From the NCBI RefSeq assembly GCF_000039765.1, contig NC_004459.3:2451127-2483126 (forward strand): a DNA stretch of 32,000 nucleotides. The letters run 5' to 3'. Both the position numbers and the translations under genes were made by a program. The notes under the pieces were generated by a model, which was not told the origin of the DNA, ran no database searches, and saw only the letters and a program-made list of their open reading frames with translations. Every line of letters begins with the position of its first letter. Within the stretch, counting starts at the first letter, position 1. This DNA comes from Vibrio vulnificus CMCP6. GTDB taxonomy: Bacteria; Pseudomonadota; Gammaproteobacteria; Enterobacterales; Vibrionaceae. This document shows, in pieces, positions 1 to 9,332 of the stretch.

Positions 1-33
1 GACTTGCGTAAGTTCCTATTGAGCAAGCAATAA
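1..33 (+). CDS. 3' end of ParE/RelE-type toxin (partial, second copy of the 24117-24419 gene)
   Basis: Reads DLRKFLLSKQ* and is identical to 24387-24419; identity continues through the attC. Confidence 0.9.
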   Translation, partial: DLRKFLLSKQ

Positions 34-48
34 CCTTTGGGAATGAAC

Positions 49-176
49 GGCTAACAAACTGTTTAAGAGTGATTCGCAACGCGTGGCATTTTTACTATGC
101 GTTAGGTTTAGTGTTTAAGGTGTGACATGCGGTGGCTTCGGTATTGCGTTGCTCACACCTTAACAGGGCGTTAGGC
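49..176 (+). repeat. attC site 1
   Basis: GGCTAAC...GTTAGGC, VCR-like. Confidence 0.95.
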
Positions 177-598
177 AAAAGGCAGAAAAGTTCTTTGTTC
201 TAATTTTTTGTTCCCTCTGGCAGTTCGCTTTTCTTAGTCGGCAATCCCGTATTGTCGGCTCTAATTCTTAAATCTCTTCAACCGTAAAACATGCCAAAGT
301 TCGTGGGTTGCCTCATTGGGTTTCAGTGTTGGTTGGTGTTGAGCTTCACTGGCTCAAAGTGTGGAAAGGGCAAGTTAGTCGAAGCTTTCATTATTGCTGT
401 CATTTCGCAGCTTTGAATTTCTCAGGTTCAAAAGCTGCTTTGTCGCGGATAAGTCGCATTTCGTGGTTGTTATAAGTGAGGCTGTAACATAGTGACTTCA
501 GTAGTTCTTGAATCACAAAAAGTCAGTGGGAGATTGGTTGCTTATCGTGTTTAAGGTATTCTGCTTTCAAAGCAAGTTAGTGAGTAAATTAGAAATTT
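177..598 (+). other. Cassette body without convincing ORF
   Basis: Between attC sites; no ORF in track; ends complement (GTTAGGCAAA/TTTGCCTAAC). Confidence 0.75.
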
Positions 599-695
599 GC
601 CTAACAAAGCATTTAAGAGTGATTCGCAACGCTTGGCAGTTTCGCTTCGCTCAAGTATAGCCAAGCGCCGCTCACACCTTAATGCGGCGTTATAT
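599..695 (+). repeat. attC site 2 (short type)
   Basis: GCCTAAC...GTTATAT, 97 bp; internal CGCTTGGC/GCCAAGCG. Confidence 0.93.
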
Positions 696-728
696 TAATC
701 AAAAAATTCGAGCACAAAAGGAGTTTCT

Positions 729-1100
729 ATGAACTATGATGTTATCGCTTTGGCATGTGAACAATTAGATTATCGCGATAAGTTACGCCTTGCACAGTTG
801 TTAATTCAGACCGCTCGAAAGGAAGAAGAAACAGTTAACCCTCAAGAGCGAATAATAGAATCAAAACCTTCTATTCCTGAAGCTATTGTAGAGGAGAAAG
901 AAATTGACACTATTTCCTACGTATATGAACGTTTGCTTAAATTAAGACCAGCGAAAGCAAAATCGCTAACGAACTCCATTAAAGCAATGTTTCAGTTTCA
1001 AGGTGGTATTTCTGAAGCAGAAGTTTCCGATATTGTCAGTGAACTCCAACATAGAAAGTTAGTTAAGCTGACTAACAATAAAGTCGATTACAAAGATTAA
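729..1100 (+). CDS. Hypothetical cassette protein (123 aa)
   Basis: Complete ORF filling cassette. Confidence 0.8.
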   Translation: MNYDVIALACEQLDYRDKLRLAQLLIQTARKEEETVNPQERIIESKPSIPEAIVEEKEIDTISYVYERLLKLRPAKAKSLTNSIKAMFQFQGGISEAEVSDIVSELQHRKLVKLTNNKVDYKD

Positions 1101-1228
1101 TATAACAAGCAATTTAAGAGGGATTCACAACGCTTGGCATTTTTGCTTCTACTTCAATTTTAGTGTTTATGGCACAATGATTTAGGTTTGGGTGGAGGCG
1201 TTGTTCACCCCTTAATTGGGCGTTATGT
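1100..1228 (+). repeat. attC site 3
   Basis: ATATAAC...GTTATGT. Confidence 0.95.
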
Positions 1229-1241
1229 TTTAAGGATAAAA

Positions 1242-1577
1242 ATGAAACATTCAGTTTTTATGAGTTTAGTATTTTTGACTGGGTGTGCTGCTAGTCAGGC
1301 AGCACCAATAGAAGTTCTCAGTTATGAAGCTGATGATAACAATTACACCTTGATAGCTATTAGTGAAAAAAAGCTAACAAGTTCAAATGGTGAAATCGAT
1401 AGTGTTTTCGAGGAAAAAATTAAAGAGCTTTGCCCGTATGGTTATTTAGTTTCGGAACCAACAGAAGATAATGGCCCCGATGGTACATGGCTAAAAAGGC
1501 ACATGGAGTACTATATAATGGCGAACAATGTCAAAAGTGCTCATTCTTACTCTAAAAATGTAAGTTGCACGCTTTGA
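1242..1577 (+). CDS. Putative lipoprotein
   Basis: MKHSVFMSLVFLTGCAAS: signal with lipobox; start trimmed from track ORF that begins inside attC. Confidence 0.8.
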   Translation: MKHSVFMSLVFLTGCAASQAAPIEVLSYEADDNNYTLIAISEKKLTSSNGEIDSVFEEKIKELCPYGYLVSEPTEDNGPDGTWLKRHMEYYIMANNVKSAHSYSKNVSCTL

Positions 1578-1583
1578 TTACAA

Positions 1584-1710
1584 ACATAACAAAGCGTTTA
1601 AGAGGGATTTGGCACGCGTGGCATTTTCGGTTTGCGTTGGGTTCAGTGATTAAGTCGCTGTGCGGTAGCTATTGTAGTGCGTGCCTGCACCCCTTAACGC
1701 GGCGTTAGTA
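1584..1710 (+). repeat. attC site 4
   Basis: ACATAAC...GTTAGTA. Confidence 0.95.
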
Positions 1711-2131
1711 CGGGTTTGACATCAAAGGTCATAAGTTCTGGTGTTTATCTGTTTTGGCGCTCGTATTTACACCTTTCAGTTAGTGCCTTTCACGATCTTT
1801 CCGGTGGCACTATATGCGGAGTGCTCGCTTTGATTTCACCGTCTACGGCTTCTAACTCTTAGCCTATTTCTTTGGCGCTTCTTCATTTTCGTGGTGTTTT
1901 TTGAGAGAGCCTTGATTACTTTTGGTGTGGCTGTTGAAGTACGAGGAAAGAATCCTTTTTTAATTTAAAGCCAGTGAAAGTAGGGCAGTTCAGTGCATTT
2001 TTCTTCTAGCCAACTTTCGTCTTTCAATCGGGGTAAAGTTTTGTAGCTGCCCGTCTCACTTCAGTGTTCAAAGCCTTTCATATCATGCCACTTTTCAATA
2101 TCTTGGAGCGCATAAATAGAAGTAGCGCATG
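1711..2131 (+). other. Cassette body without convincing ORF
   Basis: Between attC sites; no ORF in track; contains TTCTTTGGCGCT word shared with family A. Confidence 0.7.
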
Positions 2132-2257
2132 TACTAACAAATTGCTTAAGAGTGATTCGTAACGCGTGGCATTTTTACTTTGCGGTGGCTTATGTGTTTA
2201 AGGCGCCGTGCGGTAGCTTTTGTATTGCGTTACTCACACCTTAGCAAGGCGTTATGT
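2132..2257 (+). repeat. attC site 5
   Basis: TACTAAC...GTTATGT. Confidence 0.95.
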
Positions 2258-2271
2258 GTTTGGAGATAGTC

Positions 2272-2616
2272 ATGGCTAGGTATGGAGCTTTGTTTATGCT
2301 GTTTATTGCTAGTTTCTCAAGTTTAGCGACAACGTTAGTGACAAAGAACTATGTTGTTTCCATAGCATCAAACTGCATGGAAGGCGAGGTTACTTGTGAT
2401 GATGTAACTTATTATGGCAAGTCTAAGAAATCTGGTGATGAGATCATTCTTAAAGGTCACACGTTACATACTCATTTGTCAGATGGTACTCCTTCAAAAT
2501 TTTTGGGTTATAAGTTCACTAATAGTAACGTTGTTTACATGATTTCAGATTCTGGTGTACTAACAGTAACTCAAGATGAAAAAGTTTTGGTGAGTGAGCA
2601 GGGGCAGTGGGACTAG
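2272..2616 (+). CDS. Hypothetical exported protein
   Basis: N-terminal signal MARYGALFMLFIASFSSLA; GGAG upstream of ATG 2272. Confidence 0.75.
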   Translation: MARYGALFMLFIASFSSLATTLVTKNYVVSIASNCMEGEVTCDDVTYYGKSKKSGDEIILKGHTLHTHLSDGTPSKFLGYKFTNSNVVYMISDSGVLTVTQDEKVLVSEQGQWD

Positions 2617-2627
2617 TTGAACCACAC

Positions 2628-2753
2628 ACATAACAAGGCGTTAAAGCGGGATTCATGCCGCGTGGCATTTTTTGTATGCAGTAAGTTTTGGTGGTGAAGT
2701 GGTCTACGGAAAGTTGGTTTATGCGGCATTCACCCCTTAACGCGGCGTTATGT
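2628..2753 (+). repeat. attC site 6
   Basis: ACATAAC...GTTATGT. Confidence 0.95.
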
Positions 2754-2791
2754 TTTCTTTCAATTTTCGATTTCAAGGATGATTCCGATTT

Positions 2792-3601
2792 ATGAATAAA
2801 AAGGTTTTGACCATAGGCACTATTATCGTGGTTTTCGGAATTGCAATTTTAACAAAACCAAACTCAGGAGGACTTAAGCTCCCTAGCTGTAATTTTGAGA
2901 AAGTGGCAAATACGAAGATTAATTTTTTTGTTGACCAAGAAGTCTTAGAGTCATCTTCAATAGAAGACATTAAAAAATCGCTGAACGCTTCAATAAAGTA
3001 CGCGAATCAGGTTTTAAAGAATTCATGTGTTCCATTGACCCGAAGCTTGGGTGATGTTGTACCACTTTACATAGATAAAAGTGAAGTTCGTAGTCTAGTC
3101 GCAGCAGGCAACTTGGTCGGTAAGGCTCTCGAAAAACAAAAAATATCAGTTAAACAGCTTAGTCCTAATGAAAAATATGGTCTGATTTTTCATGGAAAGC
3201 ATGAAAGTCAATTTGGATTGTCTGGCCAAGCATCATCGTATTTTGGAGCGTGGTTCTTTGCTATCTCTTCTACTGCGCCAATACATGTGTTAGAGCATGA
3301 ATTGGGTCATTTATCGTGGGCGCAGCATAGTGAGAAACATCCAATTCCCAATCTAACAATGTTTTTGAAATCCGCTGTTCCGCAAGGATATCAGGAAAAA
3401 CTCGTTCCGTATGCTCGCGCATTTAAGTGTGGCGATTCAGGCACAATAATGAGTTATGAGCGGAATATACTGCCCATATATTCAAGCCCTCAAATCAAGT
3501 ATCAAGAGGAATTTTGTGGCAATAGTGCGTCGGCTGACAATGCAAGGGTGTTGCGTGACTATGCGTTGACTTTATTGGAAACTGGCAAAGTTGGGCAATG
3601 A
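2792..3601 (+). CDS. Membrane-anchored or secreted putative zinc metallopeptidase
   Basis: N-terminal TM/signal; HELGHLSWAQH (HExxHxxxxxH) motif. Confidence 0.65.
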   Translation: MNKKVLTIGTIIVVFGIAILTKPNSGGLKLPSCNFEKVANTKINFFVDQEVLESSSIEDIKKSLNASIKYANQVLKNSCVPLTRSLGDVVPLYIDKSEVRSLVAAGNLVGKALEKQKISVKQLSPNEKYGLIFHGKHESQFGLSGQASSYFGAWFFAISSTAPIHVLEHELGHLSWAQHSEKHPIPNLTMFLKSAVPQGYQEKLVPYARAFKCGDSGTIMSYERNILPIYSSPQIKYQEEFCGNSASADNARVLRDYALTLLETGKVGQ

Positions 3602-3603
3602 AA

Positions 3604-3730
3604 ACATAACAAAGCGTTTAAGAGGGATTTGGCACGCGTGGCATTTTCAGTTTGCGTTGAGTTTGGTGGTTACGGCACTGTGCGGTAACTTTTGTATCGC
3701 GTGCCTGCACCCCTTAACGCAGCGTTATGT
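3604..3730 (+). repeat. attC site 7
   Basis: ACATAAC...GTTATGT. Confidence 0.95.
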
Positions 3731-3793
3731 ACTTGGACTCGAGATTCAGTCTATAATCCACATTTTGAGTGATGTTATTTAAGTGATTGATTT

Positions 3794-4252
3794 ATGAAAT
3801 ATTTTATTGGCTATCTATTGGTTTTAATTAACAGTGTTGCTTACGCAGATTTGCCTCAATGGATGAAACGAGAAGAACCTGATAGTTTAGGGTTATATTC
3901 TTCAGTCTTCGGTGACTGCCCATTTACTAACGATGCGTTATTAAAACGTATTGAAGGTGAGTTCCTTAGAGCTCGTGTGAAAGCTAATGAGGACCTTTCT
4001 TTTAACATTACAGTTAATACAATGTGTATGGATATAGAAAGTAAGGGTGGAGACAATAGAGGTACAGCTGTTTCTTATGAAATAAGGTTTGGGACAATCA
4101 TGCCGACCGGCGGTTTTGTTCTATATGAAACTCCGAATTATGGTTCAATGCTTATTGGTGGAAATGGCACTGACTCATCTCAGTTTTTTATATCATCTAT
4201 AACAAATAGTGTAGAAGACGCCCTTACAGATTACCTTAAAGCTAATTTTTAG
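3794..4252 (+). CDS. Hypothetical exported protein (152 aa)
   Basis: Signal peptide MKYFIGYLLVLINSVAYA. Confidence 0.8.
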   Translation: MKYFIGYLLVLINSVAYADLPQWMKREEPDSLGLYSSVFGDCPFTNDALLKRIEGEFLRARVKANEDLSFNITVNTMCMDIESKGGDNRGTAVSYEIRFGTIMPTGGFVLYETPNYGSMLIGGNGTDSSQFFISSITNSVEDALTDYLKANF

Positions 4253-4261
4253 CAAAAACGT

Positions 4262-4389
4262 ACATAACAAAGCGTTTAAGACAGATTCCCAACGCTCGGC
4301 ATTTTTTATTCCTTCGTTGGGTTTTGTGTTTACGATGGTATGGTTAGGTTTTGTGGTAGCGTTGCTCACTACTTAACGCGGCGTTAGGC
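4262..4389 (+). repeat. attC site 8
   Basis: ACATAAC...GTTAGGC. Confidence 0.95.
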
Positions 4390-4408
4390 AGGATGGGTAA
4401 GATTGAGC

Positions 4409-5119
4409 ATGAATTTTGACAAAGAAATTGGCGAGTTTAAGAGTTCTTTTCAGAAAGGCAATGCATTGACTAAAGTGACAATGGTTATGGGCTTTATACT
4501 GACCTTGACGTCTTTAGCTGAATTATCTAGCAAAATCGTAGTTTGGAAAGGTTTCATTCTGTCTGGTATAGAGTTCTACAAGTCATTCTTTGTAGAACCT
4601 GTGATATCTATAGCGTCCATTGCAGGTTTGCACTATTCAGAGTTAGAGCTTCATGTAGCCACTATTTCCTCTGTTTGTATTGTAACTGGCATGCGTATTC
4701 AAGCTATAGGGCAGCAAGTTGCTTTTCGCGAGATTAGTGAAAGGTATGGTAATGAAGTAAAGCCCAATCTATTGTTTTATTGGGTCGTTGCTGTTGTAGC
4801 TCCTATTGGTTTATGGCTATGGTACGGTTTTGGTAATCCGACAATCTATCCTTGGTGGTCAGTGTTTGCAGCGCTTTTTTTCCCAGTTTTCATAGTTATC
4901 CCCAAAATTCTTATGGCCAAGTTTGCTGGGTATGAGTTTTTCGAGCAAAATAATTTTAGTTACTTTAAAAGTTATTACATCTACGTAGGCGCACTGATTC
5001 TATTCATCTGCATGTTAGCGGCTATAAATAGCGGTATTCGAGGGGACGTGGAGCCTTCAAAAGAAGCTGCCGAAGTATCAATATCTTTGGTTATAGGGAC
5101 TGAGCCTAAACCTGCCTAA
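4409..5119 (+). CDS. Hypothetical multi-pass membrane protein
   Basis: Several hydrophobic segments; ATG at 4409; stop lies in attC R''. Confidence 0.8.
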   Translation: MNFDKEIGEFKSSFQKGNALTKVTMVMGFILTLTSLAELSSKIVVWKGFILSGIEFYKSFFVEPVISIASIAGLHYSELELHVATISSVCIVTGMRIQAIGQQVAFREISERYGNEVKPNLLFYWVVAVVAPIGLWLWYGFGNPTIYPWWSVFAALFFPVFIVIPKILMAKFAGYEFFEQNNFSYFKSYYIYVGALILFICMLAAINSGIRGDVEPSKEAAEVSISLVIGTEPKPA

Positions 5120-5239
5120 CAAACTGTTTAAGAGTGATTCGCAACGCGTGGCATTTTTACTATGCGTTGCGTTTAGTGTTTAAGGTGGTATGCGGCGGCT
5201 CAGGTATTGCGTTGCTCACACCTTAACAGGGCGTTAGTT
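5114..5239 (+). repeat. attC site 9
   Basis: GCCTAAC...GTTAGTT. Confidence 0.95.
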
Positions 5240-5720
5240 TGCAAGAGGTAAAACGCAGCTATATCGCAAGATCTAGTGGTAAAAGCTCAAAGTTGACATT
5301 GTCGTATCGGCGTTCAATTTCAGTGTTAATTAGCGTGGTGAAAATCCAAAACTGGCATCGTTGAAAGGGTAAATTTGTTCTTGGTGTTGTGAGTTTTGGG
5401 GTCATTGAGCCGAACTTTTTTCTGAAACTCTGCTCTGTGAGTTTGTTGGTGCAAAAGCCGATTTACTTGCTGAAAGGATGCTTTCTCTGGTGTGGTAAGT
5501 TCAAGTGGTTTCAGTGGCTTTGTTGAAAGTCCGCATTGTGAGATTGGTTATTCAAAAGCTCTTTTTGGTGTTGTGAGTTCGTTTTCTGCGGCGTTGCTTG
5601 TTCCAAGTGGTTTCATTGACAGCTGCTTTGAGACTACGCCTGACTTAAGTGCATCAAAGCACATAATGTTTGTTGTTTGCAAAGTTTAAAATAACGTAAA
5701 ATCAACTCTTTGGGTTTGCA
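5240..5720 (+). other. Non-coding cassette family B (divergent member)
   Basis: Shares core GCGGCGTTGCTTGTTCCAAGTGGTTTCA.TGACAG.TGCTTTGAGACTACGCCTGA with 15147, 19719 and 30577 copies. Confidence 0.7.
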
Positions 5721-5846
5721 AACTAACAAACTGCTCAAGAGGGATTCACAACGCGTGGCATTTTCACTATGCGTTGAATTTAGTGATTAAGGTGGTTTTC
5801 GGCGGCTTCGGTATTGCGTTGCTCACCCCTTAGCAGGGCGTTATGC
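5721..5846 (+). repeat. attC site 10
   Basis: AACTAAC...GTTATGC. Confidence 0.95.
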
Positions 5847-6191
5847 TTAATCTCGTAAAATCAGTGATTTAGTGTTTTTCTTTGTTCCCTCGGCTTGTTA
5901 GTTTCGAGTTCGTCGGCAAGTCAGCTTCATAGGGCGCTATTTTCTGGACATCAATTCTTTGGCGCTGGAAATTCAGAGGATTGCCTCAATCAGTTTTCGC
6001 GTAAGCGTGAGGTTAGGGCAGTTGGCTCATTCAGAACTTTGAACTTAGGTTTTTGAGTTTTAGTAGCCAAATTTCAAAGTCAGATTTTCAAAAATCATGA
6101 GTCATTTCAGTTTTTTAGGTTTTGCCTTTTGTTAACTAATCCTAGCCGAGTTAATCTTGGTTTTGGTAAAAATGTGGGCGTTGAAGCTTAA
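5847..6191 (+). other. Non-coding cassette family A copy 1
   Basis: GTAAAATCAG...TTTTTCTTTGTTCCCTCGGC...TTCTTTGGCGCT...GCCTCAATCA shared with 7 other cassettes. Confidence 0.85.
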
Positions 6192-6318
6192 GCATAACAA
6201 AGCGTTAAAGTGGGATTTGGCACGCGTGGCATTTTTAGTTTGCGTTGAGTTCGGTGGTTACGGCACTATGCGGTAGCTTTTGTATTGCGTGCCTGCACCC
6301 CTTAACGCGGCGTTATGT
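6192..6318 (+). repeat. attC site 11
   Basis: GCATAAC...GTTATGT. Confidence 0.95.
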
Positions 6319-6654
6319 TTAATCATGTAAAATCAGTTGGTTGCATCTTTTCTTGGCTTTCTAATTCTGGCTTTGTCGGCAAGTTAACTTCAGTGGTCGC
6401 TGTTTTCTGGACTCCAATTCTTTGGCGCTAAAAATTCAGAGAGTTGCCTCATTAAAATGTGGTGTTTGGGTGAGGTGAGTGCAGCTTGTTCAGTTTCAAC
6501 GTTAGAGCTTCAGCTTTCGTTTTTCACGTAAAGACTCAATGTGAATTCAATCAATTTTATGAGTTAATTCAGTTTTTTAGCCTATGGTTTTGGTGTGCAA
6601 AGGTAAGTCGAGTTAAGCTCTTGGTATCGTAAAACTTAACCCTTTGAGTCTTAA
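6319..6654 (+). other. Non-coding cassette family A, subtype A' copy 1
   Basis: Similar to 12363-12708 and 14687-15019. Confidence 0.8.
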
Positions 6655-6781
6655 ACATAACAAGGCGTTCAAGAGGGATTCGTGCCGCGTGGCATTTTTG
6701 GTATGCGGTGAGTTTTGGTGGTGAAAGTGGTCTGCGGAAACTTGGTTTAGGCGGCACTCACCCCTTAACGCAGCGTTATAA
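6655..6781 (+). repeat. attC site 12
   Basis: ACATAAC...GTTATAA. Confidence 0.95.
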
Positions 6782-6801
6782 ATTTTTTAAAGGAGTCATG
6801 A

Positions 6802-7695
6802 GTGGCAAGCTCTGGTACATATTATTTAGGTCGAGTATTGAAACTTGGTACTCTCGATCAAGAAAAGTTAATGAATGCAATCAAAGAGCCTGTTTCCTTA
6901 TCTTATAGAGGTTCATCTTGGACGTTCATTGACGTCCAAGAAGTTAAGGGTAACGGGGAGCATTATATTTTCGGTCGCCTAAGCAAATACAAGCCGTTAG
7001 GTGAGGTTACTGTCGTAGATACACATCGGAGAACAGAAGAAACACAAATTGAACCTAACTTGAAAGTTGCCTCTAGCCCTTTTGTATATATCCCGTCCCA
7101 CTCGGGTATTGCGTTTCTTAATGTGTATAATCACATTGAACAAAAAGCTTTTGTTAATCGCTTTTGTTCTATTATCGAGGAAACTTATCAACGCTTTTTC
7201 GTTGATTGTGACATTGAGTTAGTCTCAGACTTACGCTCTTTTGCTGCGAAAGTATCATCATTGGATGGTATCTATCATGTTAACGCGAAAATATCTCCTC
7301 CAAACCCAATGTTCGGCTGTCTTTGGGCAGAGTTAAAGGACTACTTAATCAAACGAAACACTGATCGCATGACCGTCGTCGAAGATGCCCCAGAAAGTGA
7401 GCCGCTAAATACAGATCTGCCATATCACATAGAAAAAGCGGCAAACCAGACAGCAGATGAGCAATATGTGTCAGAAGAACCTCTTCCGATCGGGGACGCT
7501 GCAATACTTATGGCAGCAGACGGCTATGGTCATGGAACAGTTAAAGGGAAAAGAGATAATGAAGTTATAACTATTAAAACATCCGAGACAGTAAAGAACT
7601 TTTCCTTCGACAAAAATCCAGAGCCTGATGCTCTTTATCGTAAAGCTCTTGGAATATTTGACGAAATCAAAGAAAAAAGGCACCTGGGTCACTGA
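6802..7695 (+). CDS. Hypothetical cytosolic protein, RexA-like architecture (297 aa)
   Basis: GTG start after AAAGGAG; partner membrane gene overlaps the stop (TGATG). Confidence 0.55.
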   Translation: MASSGTYYLGRVLKLGTLDQEKLMNAIKEPVSLSYRGSSWTFIDVQEVKGNGEHYIFGRLSKYKPLGEVTVVDTHRRTEETQIEPNLKVASSPFVYIPSHSGIAFLNVYNHIEQKAFVNRFCSIIEETYQRFFVDCDIELVSDLRSFAAKVSSLDGIYHVNAKISPPNPMFGCLWAELKDYLIKRNTDRMTVVEDAPESEPLNTDLPYHIEKAANQTADEQYVSEEPLPIGDAAILMAADGYGHGTVKGKRDNEVITIKTSETVKNFSFDKNPEPDALYRKALGIFDEIKEKRHLGH

Positions 7696-8165
7696 TGAAT
7701 CGAATTCTAGATATTTTTCGCTTTACTATTATTTCTCCGGAGTTTGTTGTTATTCTTCTGACGGTTGCAATGACATATAGTTATCCGGAAGTATTTGTAC
7801 TTATAGGTGGAAAACTTAAAGGCAATACAGAACTATGGAAGTTTATCCCCTCATTGCCTGTTATCTTCACTGGCGTGACCTTTAAAGTGGCTCAAAAAGT
7901 TCATGCACCTTTGGAGAATACGTCCAACAAGCAACTTTACGAATGGAGCTCATTCAATAAGGTTTCTGATCGTATAATGGCGTCTTATTTGATTTGTATA
8001 CTTTGTTGTGCCGCTAGTTTTACAATTTGGTTCTTCATGTCAGAGTTGAGTGAACTAATGTTAGGTTCAATATTATTGAGTTCAATCCTAATCTCTGGGT
8101 TAACTACGTTCCAAATTATCTTGGCAGCTCAAAAAATCAGGCAAGTCATAGAGCAATACACATAA
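7695..8165 (+). CDS. Small multi-TM protein, RexB-like architecture (156 aa)
   Basis: About 3-4 hydrophobic segments; ATG overlaps upstream stop. Confidence 0.6.
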   Translation: MNRILDIFRFTIISPEFVVILLTVAMTYSYPEVFVLIGGKLKGNTELWKFIPSLPVIFTGVTFKVAQKVHAPLENTSNKQLYEWSSFNKVSDRIMASYLICILCCAASFTIWFFMSELSELMLGSILLSSILISGLTTFQIILAAQKIRQVIEQYT

Positions 8166-8168
8166 AAT

Positions 8169-8265
8169 TTATAACAAAGCATTTAAGAGTGATTCGCAAC
8201 GCTCGGCATTTTCGCTTCGCTCAAGTATAGCCGAGCGCAGCTCACACCTTAATGCGGCGTTATAT
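8169..8265 (+). repeat. attC site 13 (short type)
   Basis: TTATAAC...GTTATAT, 97 bp; internal CGCTCGGC/GCCGAGCG. Confidence 0.93.
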
Positions 8266-8289
8266 GCCTGAAATGAGAACTCCAAAATA

Positions 8290-8715
8290 ATGTCAGAAGA
8301 ACATATGCTTAGAGCTTTGGAAGTTTCTAAGTTTGCTTTGCCAAATTGCCTACCTAATCCACCAGTTGGTTGTGTGTTAGTTAAAGAAGGCAGTATTGTA
8401 GCCGAGGGCTTTACCCAAAAAATTGGCGGTAACCATGCAGAAGTGCAAGCGCTTGAAGCGTACTCAGGCGATATGGACAGTGTCACAGCCTACGTAACAT
8501 TAGAGCCCTGTTCATTTATTGGTAGAACACCTGCCTGTGCTGCGACTCTCGTAAAGTCGGGCATTAAACATGTCGTTGTTTCAATACTTGACCCAGATCC
8601 ACGCAATGGTGGGCGCGGGATTCAAATTCTTGAGCAAGCCGGCGTACAAGTAGATATTGGGCTATGTAGCAGTCAGGTTAGCGCTTTTTTAGAGCCATAT
8701 CTGGGAAAGTCGTAG
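8290..8715 (+). CDS. RibD-like deaminase domain protein (stand-alone)
   Basis: NPPVGCVLVKEG, HAEVQAL and PCSFIGRTPAC zinc deaminase motifs. Confidence 0.85.
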   Translation: MSEEHMLRALEVSKFALPNCLPNPPVGCVLVKEGSIVAEGFTQKIGGNHAEVQALEAYSGDMDSVTAYVTLEPCSFIGRTPACAATLVKSGIKHVVVSILDPDPRNGGRGIQILEQAGVQVDIGLCSSQVSAFLEPYLGKS

Positions 8716-8719
8716 CGGC

Positions 8720-8848
8720 ATATAACAAACGCCTCAAGAGGGACTGTCAACGCGTGGCGTTTCCAGTCCCAATGAGCCGCGGTGGTTACGGTTGTTGTGT
8801 TTGAGTTTAGTTGTTATGCGTTGCCAGCCCCTTAGGCGGGCGTTATGT
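8720..8848 (+). repeat. attC site 14 (distinct GC-richer subtype)
   Basis: ATATAACAAACGCCTCAAGAGGGACTGTCAACGCG...GTTATGT. Confidence 0.93.
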
Positions 8849-8861
8849 TTTCGGAGGTAAA

Positions 8862-9326
8862 ATGACAAGTCCGAGAGTTTTAAAAGCTCAAATTAAAGAT
8901 GTTATTTGTGGCGAAAATGTCACCGTTATCGAGCCTTCTAATATTTATGGCTGTGAGCTAAAGGATGACGTGTTTATTGGTCCGTTTGTAGAAATACAAA
9001 AAAACTCCGTAATTGGCGCTCGAACAAAGATCCAGTCACACACTTTTATTTGTGAGTATGTAACCATTGGCAACGATTGCTTCGTTGGTCATGGGGTTAT
9101 GTTTGCTAACGATCTTTTTAAGAACGGTCAGCCAGACCCAAATCCAGATAACTGGGGACGCACAGTTATCGCTAACAACGTTACAATTGGATCTAATGCA
9201 ACAGTGTTACCAGTTAGCATATGCGATGGCGTAGTTATTGGTGCTGGTAGTGTTGTGACTAAGAACATTACAGAGAAAGGGATCTACGCAGGAAATCCGG
9301 CTAAAAAGTTAAGAGACTTGCCGTAA
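8862..9326 (+). CDS. Left-handed beta-helix (hexapeptide) acyltransferase
   Basis: Repeated I-G-x-x-x hexapeptides, C-terminal IYAGNPAKKLR; start trimmed to ATG 8862 after GGAGG. Confidence 0.88.
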   Translation: MTSPRVLKAQIKDVICGENVTVIEPSNIYGCELKDDVFIGPFVEIQKNSVIGARTKIQSHTFICEYVTIGNDCFVGHGVMFANDLFKNGQPDPNPDNWGRTVIANNVTIGSNATVLPVSICDGVVIGAGSVVTKNITEKGIYAGNPAKKLRDLP

Positions 9327-9332
9327 GTACAA

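Noticed and set aside
4543-4737. 64-aa ORF overlapping the membrane protein gene
   Set aside because: Out-of-frame shadow ORF.
6708-6908. 66-aa ORF spanning attC 12 into the 6802 gene
   Set aside because: Mostly attC sequence. Its internal ATG 6798 is only 2 nt from AGGAG, whereas GTG 6802 has better spacing and gives the full 297-aa frame.
8169-8486. 105-aa minus-strand ORF
   Set aside because: Antisense to the deaminase gene and overlapping attC.
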